In this document: piece by piece, positions 31,291 through 40,669 of the stretch
Numbering within the stretch: the stretch's first letter is position 1
Layout: each line of letters opens with the position of its first letter
The notes under the pieces: generated by a model
Database searches by the model: none
What the model saw: the letters and a program-made list of their open reading frames with translations, nothing else
What the model was told of the DNA's origin: nothing
Assembly (NCBI GenBank): GCA_050258555.1
Contig: JBLMZA010000043.1
Span: 2,372 to 66,371, forward strand
Direction of reading: 5' to 3'
Source of the DNA: Acidobacteriota bacterium
GTDB lineage: Bacteria > Bacteroidota > Ignavibacteria > UBA10030 > UBA8401
Length of the DNA stretch: 64,000 nucleotides
Program-made: the position numbers and the translations under genes

Positions 31291-33195
31291 ATGAGAAAAC
31301 TGCTTTCACTGCTGTTGTTCGGATTCATGCTGTATAACGGAACGGCATCGGCCGCCGAAGAGCTGCGCGGCGCATGGCTGTCGAGAAATGAAGTGGTGAC
31401 GCGCGCGAAGATCGCGGAAGTGATGGATTCGCTTGCCAACAACAATTTCAACGTTGCCTATGTCAACTGCTGGAGCCGCGGTTATACGCTGTTTCCCAGC
31501 GAAACGATGAAGAAGCATACGGGCGTGGAGATCGATCCCGCATATGTCGGACGCGACGTGCTGGCCGAAGCGATTGCCGAAGGCCATCGCCGCGGCATCG
31601 AGGTGGAAGCATGGTTCGAATACGGATTCGTGGGCGGCTATACCGGCTATTATCCCGGTTCGGGCGGCCGCGGGAAGATCTTCGATGCGCATCCCGACTG
31701 GGTGGCAAAGAAAGTGGACGGCACCGAGAAAGACAACTCAAACTTTTATTGGATGGTTGCGACGCGACCCGATGTGCGGCAGTTCATGGTCGATCTGCAT
31801 GTGGAGGTGGCAAGGAAGTACGACATCGACGGCATCGAGCTCGACCGCATCCGCTACGCGGGCAATGTCTACGGATACGATGCCTATACCGACAGCGTGT
31901 ATATGGCGCGCTACGGCGTGCATCCTCCGACCGACGTGGCCGATGCGCAGTGGATGCGGTTCCGCGCCGACATCCTGAACGGCTTCATGCGCACGGTCTA
32001 CGACTCGATCAAAGCCGTCAATCCGAATGTGTTCGTGACGAATGCGCCGGGATTTTATTCCTCATCGTCCTATCAGTCGTACAACGACAACCTGCAGGAC
32101 TGGTGGCAGTGGCTCGCCGCCGGTTCGGTCGATCACGTGCAGGTGCAGATGTATGTCGGCTCGAACAGCTCGCTCAAGAGCTATCTGAATTATCTGTTCG
32201 CCAATGTGCCGCAGAAGGAGAAAATGATTCCGGCTATCGCCACCTCGCCCAACGGCAACGCCATTGCCGAGAGCGAACTCATGAACATGGTCACGACTAC
32301 GCGTTCGCTCGGACTGAAGGGCAACGCCTGGTGGTACTACGGCGACATGGCGCCCTATTGGAATTTCTACCGCACGCAGGCGTATCCGACGCCCGCCGCA
32401 GTGCCGGGACGCTCATACACATGGCGCACGCCGGCTGTGATCGTCAATGAGACGGACAGCGCGCTCGTCACATACACCGGCAAGTGGCTCACGGCTCCGG
32501 CATCGGTGCCCGGCTATAAAGGCACATCGCTCTATGCCGATTCGATCGGCGTGAATGCGATCGAGTACCGTGCGGCCGTTCCGGCAGGCGGATGGTATGA
32601 AGTCTATGCCTACCAGGCAACGCAGGCATTCCGGACGATGCAGGCGCCGTTCGATCTGTATGATTCGAGCGGTGCAGCACGGCGCGTGCTCATCGATCAG
32701 ACCAACGACAAGCTCAAAGGCTGGTATAAGCTCGGCGATGTGTATCTGAAGAGCGGCGTGCGGAAAGTCGTGCGTCTTTCAAACGACAATATCGGCGGCG
32801 GCCGCAACGGCTATGTGTCGGCCGATGCGGTGATGCTGGTGCTCAATCGCCGGCTGAGTCCCGGCGCACGGCTGACGGAGGTGCCGCACGGAAATTTTAC
32901 CGATCCCCAGCCAGGTAAGTTCTGGCTGGGGCAGAATTTCCCGAATCCGTTCAATCCGTCCACAACGGTGTCCTTCGCCTTGAAAAGCGCCGCCGCGGTG
33001 CGTCTGTCGGTCTTCGATGTGCTGGGACGCGAATGCGCGGTGCTCATCGACGGCATGCGTCCGGCAGGGATGCAGACGGTCGAATGGAATGCCGGCGCGA
33101 TGCCGAGCGGCGTCTACTTCTGCCGCCTGCAAGTGTCGGCGCCGGGGGCAGGTGCGGCGTTTGCGGAAACGAAGAAGTTGCTTTTGCAGAAATAA
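31291..33195 (+). CDS. Secreted glycoside-hydrolase-like (GHL10/DUF4015-type) protein with a T9SS C-terminal sorting domain
   Basis: Signal peptide. TIM-barrel-like N-terminal region (LRGAWLSRNEVV...NFNVAYVNCWSRGYTLFPSE...EVEAWFEYGF). C-terminal LGQNFPNPFNPSTTVSF...SGVYFCRL...KKLLLQK. Confidence 0.7.
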   Translation: MRKLLSLLLFGFMLYNGTASAAEELRGAWLSRNEVVTRAKIAEVMDSLANNNFNVAYVNCWSRGYTLFPSETMKKHTGVEIDPAYVGRDVLAEAIAEGHRRGIEVEAWFEYGFVGGYTGYYPGSGGRGKIFDAHPDWVAKKVDGTEKDNSNFYWMVATRPDVRQFMVDLHVEVARKYDIDGIELDRIRYAGNVYGYDAYTDSVYMARYGVHPPTDVADAQWMRFRADILNGFMRTVYDSIKAVNPNVFVTNAPGFYSSSSYQSYNDNLQDWWQWLAAGSVDHVQVQMYVGSNSSLKSYLNYLFANVPQKEKMIPAIATSPNGNAIAESELMNMVTTTRSLGLKGNAWWYYGDMAPYWNFYRTQAYPTPAAVPGRSYTWRTPAVIVNETDSALVTYTGKWLTAPASVPGYKGTSLYADSIGVNAIEYRAAVPAGGWYEVYAYQATQAFRTMQAPFDLYDSSGAARRVLIDQTNDKLKGWYKLGDVYLKSGVRKVVRLSNDNIGGGRNGYVSADAVMLVLNRRLSPGARLTEVPHGNFTDPQPGKFWLGQNFPNPFNPSTTVSFALKSAAAVRLSVFDVLGRECAVLIDGMRPAGMQTVEWNAGAMPSGVYFCRLQVSAPGAGAAFAETKKLLLQK

Positions 33196-33310
33196 ATCTC
33201 ATACTTTGAAGCGGGGGCAGGCGGATGCGGTTTTTTCATGGAACACCGCGGGCGGGATGCGGTGTTGGATGGGAGAATGCTGCTCATTCACCAACCATCA
33301 TGGAGGAACC

Positions 33311-34069
33311 ATGAAGATCCTACGTACATACTGGATTATCCTGCTTGTGATGCCGGCCGTCGCATTCGGATACAAGAACGGCATCAGCGGCCGCACGCTG
33401 AAGTCATCGACCAACGGCTGCAGCTGCCACAATTCCTCGGCCGCATCGAGCGTGCTTGTGGCCATTACCGGCCCGTCGTCGCTGATTCCCGGCAGAGTCG
33501 GCACATACACCGTGACGGTCAACGATGTTCCCGGCAATTCGGGAGGCATCGATATTGCCGCCTCATCGGGCACGCTGGCGCCGGCGTCGACAAACCTGAA
33601 GCTGCTCAATGGCGAGCTGACGCAGACGACATCGACCGCGGTGCCCTCGACGTACAGTTTCACATACACGGCGCCCGCTTCGGCCGGTACGGCGACGCTC
33701 TATGCCACGGCGAAGGGAACCGCCTTTGCGTCATGGAACCATGCGCCGAATTTCACGGTCACGGTGACGAACGCCTCGGCTGTGACACAGGAGGGACAGA
33801 CGCCTGCCGTCTTCGCTCTCGAACAGAATTTCCCGAACCCGTTCAACCCGTCGACGCAGATCCGCTTCTCGATTCCCCAGGCGCAGCACGCGACGCTGGC
33901 GATCTACGACATGCAGGGCCGGGAAGTCGCCGTGCTCGTGAATGCGCGGTTGGAGGCCGGCACCTATTCCACGCAGTGGAACGCGGAGAAGATGCCGACA
34001 GGCGTTTATCTGTACAGGCTCAAGGCGGGAACGTTGAGCGAAACGAAAAAGCTGCTGATACAAAAATAA
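33311..34069 (+). CDS. Small secreted beta-rich protein with a T9SS C-terminal sorting domain
   Basis: Signal peptide MKILRTYWIILLVMPAVAFG, a GCSCH motif and a T/S/A-rich Ig-like region. C-terminal LEQNFPNPFNPSTQIRF...GVYLYRLKAG...KKLLIQK. GGAGGA Shine-Dalgarno. Confidence 0.7.
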   Translation: MKILRTYWIILLVMPAVAFGYKNGISGRTLKSSTNGCSCHNSSAASSVLVAITGPSSLIPGRVGTYTVTVNDVPGNSGGIDIAASSGTLAPASTNLKLLNGELTQTTSTAVPSTYSFTYTAPASAGTATLYATAKGTAFASWNHAPNFTVTVTNASAVTQEGQTPAVFALEQNFPNPFNPSTQIRFSIPQAQHATLAIYDMQGREVAVLVNARLEAGTYSTQWNAEKMPTGVYLYRLKAGTLSETKKLLIQK

Positions 34070-34161
34070 TTTCTTAACCGATCAACTGCAGCATGCCGCC
34101 CATTCATTGATCATTGCTTCACCAGTGAATGGGCGGATCTGCATCAATCCAAACGCACACC

Positions 34162-35832
34162 ATGCTCAAACGACTGCTTCTACTGCTCGTCATCGCCTGC
34201 ACGCTGTCTCACGCACAATCCATCACATGGACGGAGATCACGACGCGCTATGCTCTTCCATCCGGAATAAAGGTATTCAAGGGGGAGCGGACCGCGCCCG
34301 CGCTTGCGGCGTACTACATCGATGTCGACCTGAATAATCCGAAGCTCATGCTGCTTCCGTACCTCTCGACGGCGTCGGGCGGAAAGGAGACGATCGTGCC
34401 GTTCGTCGCGCGCACGGGCGCCATCGCCGGAGTGAACGGGGGATTCTTCGGAGGCTCCGCCTCGTATTCGACCGTCATCGTGCCCGAAGGCGTGCTTGCG
34501 CAGAATGTGCCGTCGGTCACCAGGACCGGGGGAGTGTTTCCGATGATGCGAAGCATGTACTCGATCGATAAAAACAAAAAGCAGTCCGTCAACTGGATCT
34601 ATCATTTCGGAAGCGCCGCAGGCGATGTCTATTCGTTCGCGCAGCCCATGCCGTACGTGAACAACGACCCGACGCCGCGCCCCGCGCCGGTCAAGACGCA
34701 GGGCACGCCGATGAACGGGATCCTGGCCGGCATCGGCGGCGGACCGACGCTTGTCAAGGCAGGGCAGCCGCGCGTCACATTCAACGAGGAAGTGCTCTGG
34801 GGATCGGGCGTGGCGACGGATATCAACTCGCCGGCGGATCCGCGCACAGCCGTCGGATCGACGGCGGCCAATCATGCGATACTGCTTGCGGCCGACGGAC
34901 GCGGCGCGAGCCTGGGACTTACGCTTGCCGAGCTGGCGCAGGTGATGATCGATCTCGGATGCACGGAGGCGATGAATCTGGACGGAGGCGGATCGACGCA
35001 GATGGCCGTTGGCGGAACGCTGGTCAATACGCCGAGCGAAAGCCGCGCCGTGCCGACCATGCTGGCGGTGGTGTATGCCGATTCGCTGCATCTGCCGAAG
35101 ACGCCGCTGTTTGAAAAGACGTATGATACGAATGCGCCCGAATGCAGCCTCGTCGGTCCCGGCTGGTTCCAGTCGGCCAATCCCGGATATTTCGGCGCCG
35201 AAAAAGCGCAGCTCAATGCGACCGGCACCGGCGGCAGCTATGCGAAATTTTCGCTTTCGCTTCCGCGTGCGGGCGTGTATGAAGTCTACGGCTGGTGGGT
35301 GAATTCCTCGAACCGCTCGACCGAAACGCCCTTCATCGTCACACATCGGAACGGCACCGATACCGTGCGCGCCGACCAGACGCAGAAAGGCTCCGCATGG
35401 AATCTGATCGGCACCTATACGTTCCGGGGCGACACGACCGATGCCGTCGTCATTTCGAACGCCGTCAAGAATCCGAATTCAAACCTGTATATCGTCGCAG
35501 ACGGGCTGCGCGTCGTTTCGTACGATCCGGCGGTGACCGCTGTCGAACGGAGCGCCACGATGGAGCCGTCAGCCTATGCGCTTTCGCAGAATTATCCGAA
35601 TCCGTTCAATCCCTCCACCGAGTTCCGATACACGGTCGCGGCATCGGGCAGGACGACGCTGAAAATCTACGACATGCTCGGCCGGATTGCCGCCGTGCTC
35701 GTCGATGCAACGCTGGCGCCCGGCACATACACCGCCGGCTGGAATGCCTCACAGATGCCGAGCGGAGTCTATCTGCTCCGCATGACATCGGGCTCGTTCA
35801 CGGAAACAAAGAAGCTCATCGTACAGAAATAA
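34162..35832 (+). CDS. Phosphodiester glycosidase (NAGPA/DUF2233) family protein with a T9SS C-terminal sorting domain
   Basis: Signal peptide; NAGPA-like core (GVNGGFFGG...GGGPTLVKAG...AMNLDGGGSTQMAV); C-terminal LSQNYPNPFNPSTEFRY...SGVYLLRM...KKLIVQK. Confidence 0.75.
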   Translation: MLKRLLLLLVIACTLSHAQSITWTEITTRYALPSGIKVFKGERTAPALAAYYIDVDLNNPKLMLLPYLSTASGGKETIVPFVARTGAIAGVNGGFFGGSASYSTVIVPEGVLAQNVPSVTRTGGVFPMMRSMYSIDKNKKQSVNWIYHFGSAAGDVYSFAQPMPYVNNDPTPRPAPVKTQGTPMNGILAGIGGGPTLVKAGQPRVTFNEEVLWGSGVATDINSPADPRTAVGSTAANHAILLAADGRGASLGLTLAELAQVMIDLGCTEAMNLDGGGSTQMAVGGTLVNTPSESRAVPTMLAVVYADSLHLPKTPLFEKTYDTNAPECSLVGPGWFQSANPGYFGAEKAQLNATGTGGSYAKFSLSLPRAGVYEVYGWWVNSSNRSTETPFIVTHRNGTDTVRADQTQKGSAWNLIGTYTFRGDTTDAVVISNAVKNPNSNLYIVADGLRVVSYDPAVTAVERSATMEPSAYALSQNYPNPFNPSTEFRYTVAASGRTTLKIYDMLGRIAAVLVDATLAPGTYTAGWNASQMPSGVYLLRMTSGSFTETKKLIVQK

Positions 35833-35834
35833 TC

Positions 35835-36683
35835 ATGACGACAGCATCGGATGCCGAGGCCTCGCTTGAAACGCTCGCGCTGCGGCATTATGAAAATTTT
35901 CCCGTCGCCTCGCGCTTCCTTCCGAAGAAGTACCGGAGGCCGATCCATCTGATCTATGCCTATGCGCGCACGGGAGACGACATCGCCGACGAATGGACCG
36001 ATGCGCCCGACGTGCGCCTGCGCGCGCTCGATGACTGGTCGTCGTGCCTGCATGCGGCCGTTGAGCGGGGGGAAGGGACGCCGTTTTTCCTCGAGCTTGC
36101 ATCGGTCATCGGCACATACGGTCTCGAGCTGAAGCTGTTCGACGACCTGATCGAGGCGTTCAGGATGGATGTGCGCCATCATGGCTTCGCCGCCTACGAG
36201 GAGCTGCTGGAATACTGCCGTCATTCTGCCAATCCGGTCGGTCGGCTCATGCTGCAGATCTTCGGCAGCGCGTCGCAGGAGCGCTGCGCGCTGTCGGATG
36301 CGTTCTGCACGGCGCTTCAGCTTGCAAATTTCTGGCAGGATTTGTTTATTGATATCAGGCGGGAGCGATGGTATATTCCTGAGGAAGACCTTGTCCGCTT
36401 TGGCGTTACGCGAAGCGAACTGCACCGGCATTCGGCAGGAGAACGCATGCGCCCGCTCATGCGCTTCGAAGTCGAGCGGACACGCGCGCTGTTCCAGACG
36501 GCCCGCCGCCTGCCGGCGCTCGTCAATCCGGCGCTGCGCTTCGAGCTGAAGCTGATCTGGCATGGAGGCATGCGGATTCTGGAGAAAATCGAACGCGGCG
36601 GATTCGACACGCTCTCGCAGCGCCCCGCGCTGACCGCGGCCGACAAGCTGGCCGTGCTCTTTCGCGCATGCGTCGATGGATAA
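35835..36683 (+). CDS. hpnC: Squalene/phytoene synthase family enzyme, HpnC-like (hydroxysqualene synthase)
   Basis: YENFPVAS N-terminal motif, YAYARTGDDIADE (first DxxxD) and NFWQD. Lies 2 nt after the upstream stop. Confidence 0.8.
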   Translation: MTTASDAEASLETLALRHYENFPVASRFLPKKYRRPIHLIYAYARTGDDIADEWTDAPDVRLRALDDWSSCLHAAVERGEGTPFFLELASVIGTYGLELKLFDDLIEAFRMDVRHHGFAAYEELLEYCRHSANPVGRLMLQIFGSASQERCALSDAFCTALQLANFWQDLFIDIRRERWYIPEEDLVRFGVTRSELHRHSAGERMRPLMRFEVERTRALFQTARRLPALVNPALRFELKLIWHGGMRILEKIERGGFDTLSQRPALTAADKLAVLFRACVDG

Positions 36684-37561
36684 TGCTCACCAACGGTTGG
36701 TCTATGGAAAATCTCGCGCTGTACGATACATTCGAAAAGAACAAACGAAGCAACTTCTATTACTCATTCCTGCTGCTGCCCAAGCAGAAACGTGAAGCCA
36801 TCAATGTCGTCTATGCATGGTGCCGGCTGACCGACGACATCGTCGATGAAGAGCAGACCGTCAACCACAAGCATGCGCGCCTGCGCCAATGGACATACGA
36901 GTTCGAACAGGCGATGCAGGGCGTTTCCCGCTATCCGCTTTTGAACAAGCTGAGCCAGACCGTCCGCCGCTTCAACATCCCCGTGAATCATTTCCGCGAT
37001 CTCATCGTCGGCATGGAGATGGATCTGGTGAAGATGCGGTATGCGACATTCGAAGAGCTGCGCGAGTACTGCTACCGCGCCGCCTCCACCGTCGGACTGA
37101 TGTGCACGGAGATCTTCGGATACAAGCATGAGGGCGCGAAGGAATACGCCGTCAATCTCGGCATCGCGCTGCAGCTGACGAACATTCTGCGCGATGTGGC
37201 CGCCGATGCGGAAAAGGGAAGAGTGTATCTGCCGCAGGAGGATCTGGTGCGGTTCAACTATTCGGACGAGGACATTGCGGCGCACCGCTACAACGGAAAT
37301 TTCCGCGCGCTCATGAAGTTTGAATGCGAGCGCGCCCGCTCGTATTTCAGCAAGGCGATCATGCACCTTTCGGAAGACGACAAGCCGCTGTTCCTGGCGG
37401 CGCGCATCATGGAGGCGATTTATTTCCGCATTCTGCAGGAGATCGAAATGGCCGACTACAACGTCTACGAGAAGCGCGTCCGCCTTTCCGCATTCAAGAA
37501 AATCATGATCACCGCGAATGTCTGGTGGCATAATCCCGCAGCCGGTGACGGCGCAGCCTGA
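36683..37561 (+). CDS. hpnD: Squalene/phytoene synthase family enzyme, HpnD-like (presqualene diphosphate synthase)
   Basis: SNFYYSFLLLPKQKREAINVVYAWCRLTDDIVDE and LQLTNILRDVAADAEKGRVYLP. TAATG overlap with hpnC; the alternative start is ATG 36704. Confidence 0.8.
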   Translation: MLTNGWSMENLALYDTFEKNKRSNFYYSFLLLPKQKREAINVVYAWCRLTDDIVDEEQTVNHKHARLRQWTYEFEQAMQGVSRYPLLNKLSQTVRRFNIPVNHFRDLIVGMEMDLVKMRYATFEELREYCYRAASTVGLMCTEIFGYKHEGAKEYAVNLGIALQLTNILRDVAADAEKGRVYLPQEDLVRFNYSDEDIAAHRYNGNFRALMKFECERARSYFSKAIMHLSEDDKPLFLAARIMEAIYFRILQEIEMADYNVYEKRVRLSAFKKIMITANVWWHNPAAGDGAA

Positions 37562-38906
37562 TGTGCTCGTTGCCGGCGGCGGCATCGCCGGCCTCTGCGC
37601 CGCGGTCGAACTTGCCTCGCGCGGATGGAGCGTCGTGCTTGCAGAGCGGAGCCGGCATCTGGGCGGCCGCGCCTACTCGTTCATTCATCCCGATACAGGA
37701 GACGAAGTCGATAACGGCCAGCACCTCATGCTCGGCTGTTATCATGCCGCCCGTCGATACATGGAGACCGTCGGCACCATCTCCGACTGCACGCTCCAGG
37801 ACTCGCTTTCGATTCCGTTTCGCAGCGCAACCGGCTCGTTCGAGCTGCGCGCCGCGCGCCTTCCTTCACCATTGCACATCGCCGGAGCCCTCGTTACGCT
37901 CAAGACGCTCTCGCTCAGGGACCGCCTGATGCTTCTCCGCATTGCTCCGTCGCTGTTGCTTGCAGGCGAAGGACGCGAAGCCCATCTCCGTTCGGTCACC
38001 GTTTCGGAGTGGCTCGATGAGACCGGCCAGTCCGAAGCTGCCAAACGCTCGCTCTGGAACATTCTTGCCATCGGCACGCTCAATGAACGGCCGGAGCAGG
38101 CGAGCGCCGCGCTCTTTGTGCATGTGCTCAGAACGGTCTTTCTCGGCGCACCGAGCGACGCGTCGGTGCTGCTGCCGCGGCGCGGACTGAGCCGGATCTT
38201 CGGCGATGCCGGCGCGTCCTATCTTTCCTCTCATCATGGATGCGTGCGCATGAAGACGCCGGTGCGCGCCATGCGCATCGCCGCCGGCCGCGTCACATCG
38301 GTCGATGTCGGATGTGAAACGCTCCATCCGCGTGCGGTCATCTCGGCCGTGCCTCAGTATGCGATCGGATCGCTCTTCGCGGACGATGCGGCCGCGCATA
38401 TCCCGATGCTCGCACACGCGGCGCGCTTTGCCGAAGTGCCGATCGTCTCGATTCATCTCTGGTTCGACGCGCATTTCATGGATGAGCATTTTACGGCGCT
38501 GCTCGATTCGCCGATCGACTGGATCTTCAACAGAACGAAGATCGCGCGGCAGGAAAATCCGGGCGGACTCATGCAGCTGTCGCTTGTGGTGAGCGCTGCA
38601 CGGATGCTTGCCGGACAGCCGAAGCACGAGATCATCGGGACGGCGATGGGGGAGGTGAAGCGGATGTTTCCTTCGGCGTCGTCGGCGCGCCTTGTGCATG
38701 CGCTCGTGGTGAAGGAAAAGCGCGCCACGTTTTCCCCTGTGCGGGGAGTCGAAGCCTTCCGTCCGGCGCACGAGACGCCGGTCAAAAATCTCTTCATTGC
38801 GGGGGATTGGACGGATACGAAACTTCCGGCGACGATCGAAGGAGCCGCCGGAAGCGGCTATGCATGCGCGGAACTCGCGCATGCGCTGCTGAAGCATGCA
38901 AGTTAG
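37545..38906 (+). CDS. hpnE: FAD-dependent amine-oxidase family enzyme, HpnE-like (hydroxysqualene dehydrogenase)
   Basis: DVLVAGGGIAGLCAAVELASRGWSVVLAERSRHLGGRAYSF dinucleotide fold. GTG start chosen at 37545 (MTAQPDVLVAGGG). The alternative GTG 37518 is the track ORF start; both overlap the hpnD 3' end. Confidence 0.7.
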   Translation: MTAQPDVLVAGGGIAGLCAAVELASRGWSVVLAERSRHLGGRAYSFIHPDTGDEVDNGQHLMLGCYHAARRYMETVGTISDCTLQDSLSIPFRSATGSFELRAARLPSPLHIAGALVTLKTLSLRDRLMLLRIAPSLLLAGEGREAHLRSVTVSEWLDETGQSEAAKRSLWNILAIGTLNERPEQASAALFVHVLRTVFLGAPSDASVLLPRRGLSRIFGDAGASYLSSHHGCVRMKTPVRAMRIAAGRVTSVDVGCETLHPRAVISAVPQYAIGSLFADDAAAHIPMLAHAARFAEVPIVSIHLWFDAHFMDEHFTALLDSPIDWIFNRTKIARQENPGGLMQLSLVVSAARMLAGQPKHEIIGTAMGEVKRMFPSASSARLVHALVVKEKRATFSPVRGVEAFRPAHETPVKNLFIAGDWTDTKLPATIEGAAGSGYACAELAHALLKHAS

Positions 38907-40531
38907 AGGGGAAGGAAAAGCTTGATCGCCGTGCCTTTGCCGAGTTCCGATTCGATCTCGATCTTGCCGTTATGATCGTCGATGATCTTCTTCACGATCG
39001 CCATGCCGAGCCCCGTTCCGTGCTTCTTGCCGTGCGTGACGAAGGGCTCGAAAATCTTCCGCTTCACTTCCTCCGGCATGCCGGTGCCCGTATCGGCAAA
39101 TTCGATCATGAGCATCGAACCGAGATTTTCCGTCGTCACCGTGAGCGTGCCGCCCTCGGGCATGGCATCGGCGGCGTTGCCGGCGATGTTGTAGAAGACG
39201 CGCATCATCTTGTCCGGATCCATCATCACCGCGCCGTCGTAGTTCAGGCGCCTGACCAGCTCCACGTTCCGCTTCGTCAGATCCTTCTCGATGAACATCA
39301 GCGCCCCGTCGACCGCCTCGCTGCATGAGATCTCGCGCATATTCGTGGCGCTCACACCGCGGCTGAAGTCCAGGATCTCCTGAGTCATCGTCACGAACCG
39401 GTCGACCTGCGTGATCATCTCGTCGGCAAGCTTCGATGCTTCCTCGTTCCCCGATTTCTTCTTCATCACCTGCGCATACACGCGCAGCGTGCTCATGGGA
39501 TTCTTGATGTCGTGAATGATCGTGCTGGCCATGCGGCCGACGGCGGTGAGGCGCTCGTTGTTCACCATTTCCTTGGCGATGCGCGCGTTCTCGATCGCGA
39601 TCGACGCGTGCATCGACAGCGCGTTGATGAAATCCTCGTCGCCCTTCGTGAAGGGGGCATCCTTCTTGTTCAGGAGCTGGAAGACGCCGATCAGCTTGCC
39701 GTCCCGGTTGCGCATCGGCATGCAGAGCATGTTGTTCGTGCGGTAGCCCGTGCGCTTGTCGACTTCGGGATTGAAGCGCGGATCGTTGTAGGCGTCGGGA
39801 ATGCTGATCGTTTCTCCGGTCTTCGCCACGTATCCGGCCAGTCCCTTGCCGAGCGGAAGGCGGATCTCGGTGAGCTCCGTTCCCTGAATGACCGTGGACC
39901 AGATTTCGTTTTTCGCTTCATCGAGCAGATACAGCGTGCCTCTGTCGGCGCCGATGGACTTCGTGGCGGATTCGAGGATGACTTCGAGCAGCTTGTCGAG
40001 GTCGAGCGTGGAATTCACCGACTTCGTCGCTTCGATGAGCTGATTCAGGCGGCTGATATGCTGCTTCGAGATCTCGATCGTGCGGTCGAGTTCGGTCACG
40101 ATCGCCGTGTCGGCGCTGCGCAGACGCTTCACCATCGCCTTGAGCATGTTCAATGCGACAATGTGATTCGTCTTGATGAGCGAGTCGAAATCCTGCTGCG
40201 ACATGCAGGCGAGCACCGTATGGTCCACCGTCGTGGTGCGTGCCGAGCGCGGTTGGTCGTCCAGCAGTTCCATTTCTCCGAAGAATTCTCCTTTGCCGAG
40301 CGTCGTGATGTTGGTTTCGACTCCGTAGCGTGTGACCTTCGAGATGCGGACGCGTCCTTCAAGAATGAGATAGAGCCGTTCTCCTTTGGTATTCTCCTGG
40401 AAGATGAGCGTATCGGCGGGGTATGATTCCTCCTTGAGAATCTTGAGGATGTTCTGAAGATTGACGTCGCTGATGTATTTAAAAAGGGAATTGGCCTTGA
40501 GGTTCTCGACGGAAAGGAGTGAAGGTTCCAT
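38903..40531 (-). CDS. Sensor histidine kinase with N-terminal cyclic-nucleotide-binding domain and GAF domain
   Basis: cNMP-binding fold (LIFQENTKGERLYLILEGRVRISK...GEFFGEMELLDDQPRSARTTTV), GAF domain, H-box STIIHDIKNP and HATPase N/G boxes (GNAADAMPEGG, DTGTGMP, GTGLGMAI). ATG 40531 is M27 of the TTG-initiated track ORF. Confidence 0.8.
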   Translation of the reverse strand: MEPSLLSVENLKANSLFKYISDVNLQNILKILKEESYPADTLIFQENTKGERLYLILEGRVRISKVTRYGVETNITTLGKGEFFGEMELLDDQPRSARTTTVDHTVLACMSQQDFDSLIKTNHIVALNMLKAMVKRLRSADTAIVTELDRTIEISKQHISRLNQLIEATKSVNSTLDLDKLLEVILESATKSIGADRGTLYLLDEAKNEIWSTVIQGTELTEIRLPLGKGLAGYVAKTGETISIPDAYNDPRFNPEVDKRTGYRTNNMLCMPMRNRDGKLIGVFQLLNKKDAPFTKGDEDFINALSMHASIAIENARIAKEMVNNERLTAVGRMASTIIHDIKNPMSTLRVYAQVMKKKSGNEEASKLADEMITQVDRFVTMTQEILDFSRGVSATNMREISCSEAVDGALMFIEKDLTKRNVELVRRLNYDGAVMMDPDKMMRVFYNIAGNAADAMPEGGTLTVTTENLGSMLMIEFADTGTGMPEEVKRKIFEPFVTHGKKHGTGLGMAIVKKIIDDHNGKIEIESELGKGTAIKLFLPL

Positions 40532-40669
40532 GCGCGTTACGGGAGAAATGGGAGACACGGTTGCAAAAAAAATTAAAAAAAATTTACGACATCCGTTGGT
40601 CAGAATCAAGCACGCCGGGGCGAATAACCGCCTTCCGTGCAGGAGATGTGATCTGCTTCACACCCGGCG

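Noticed and set aside
33311-34069. GCSCH read as a c-type heme-binding site.
   Set aside because: The motif is C-X-C-H, with one residue between the cysteines, not the CXXCH required for covalent heme attachment.
40532-40669. A/T-rich tract and GC hairpins between ruvB and the cNMP-kinase, read as a ruvB terminator.
   Set aside because: The hairpins are interrupted (5 bp + 4 bp with an internal loop), and the T-run on the transcribed strand lies about 25 nt downstream of them, so this is not a convincing intrinsic terminator. The AT-rich stretch more likely belongs to the kinase promoter region.
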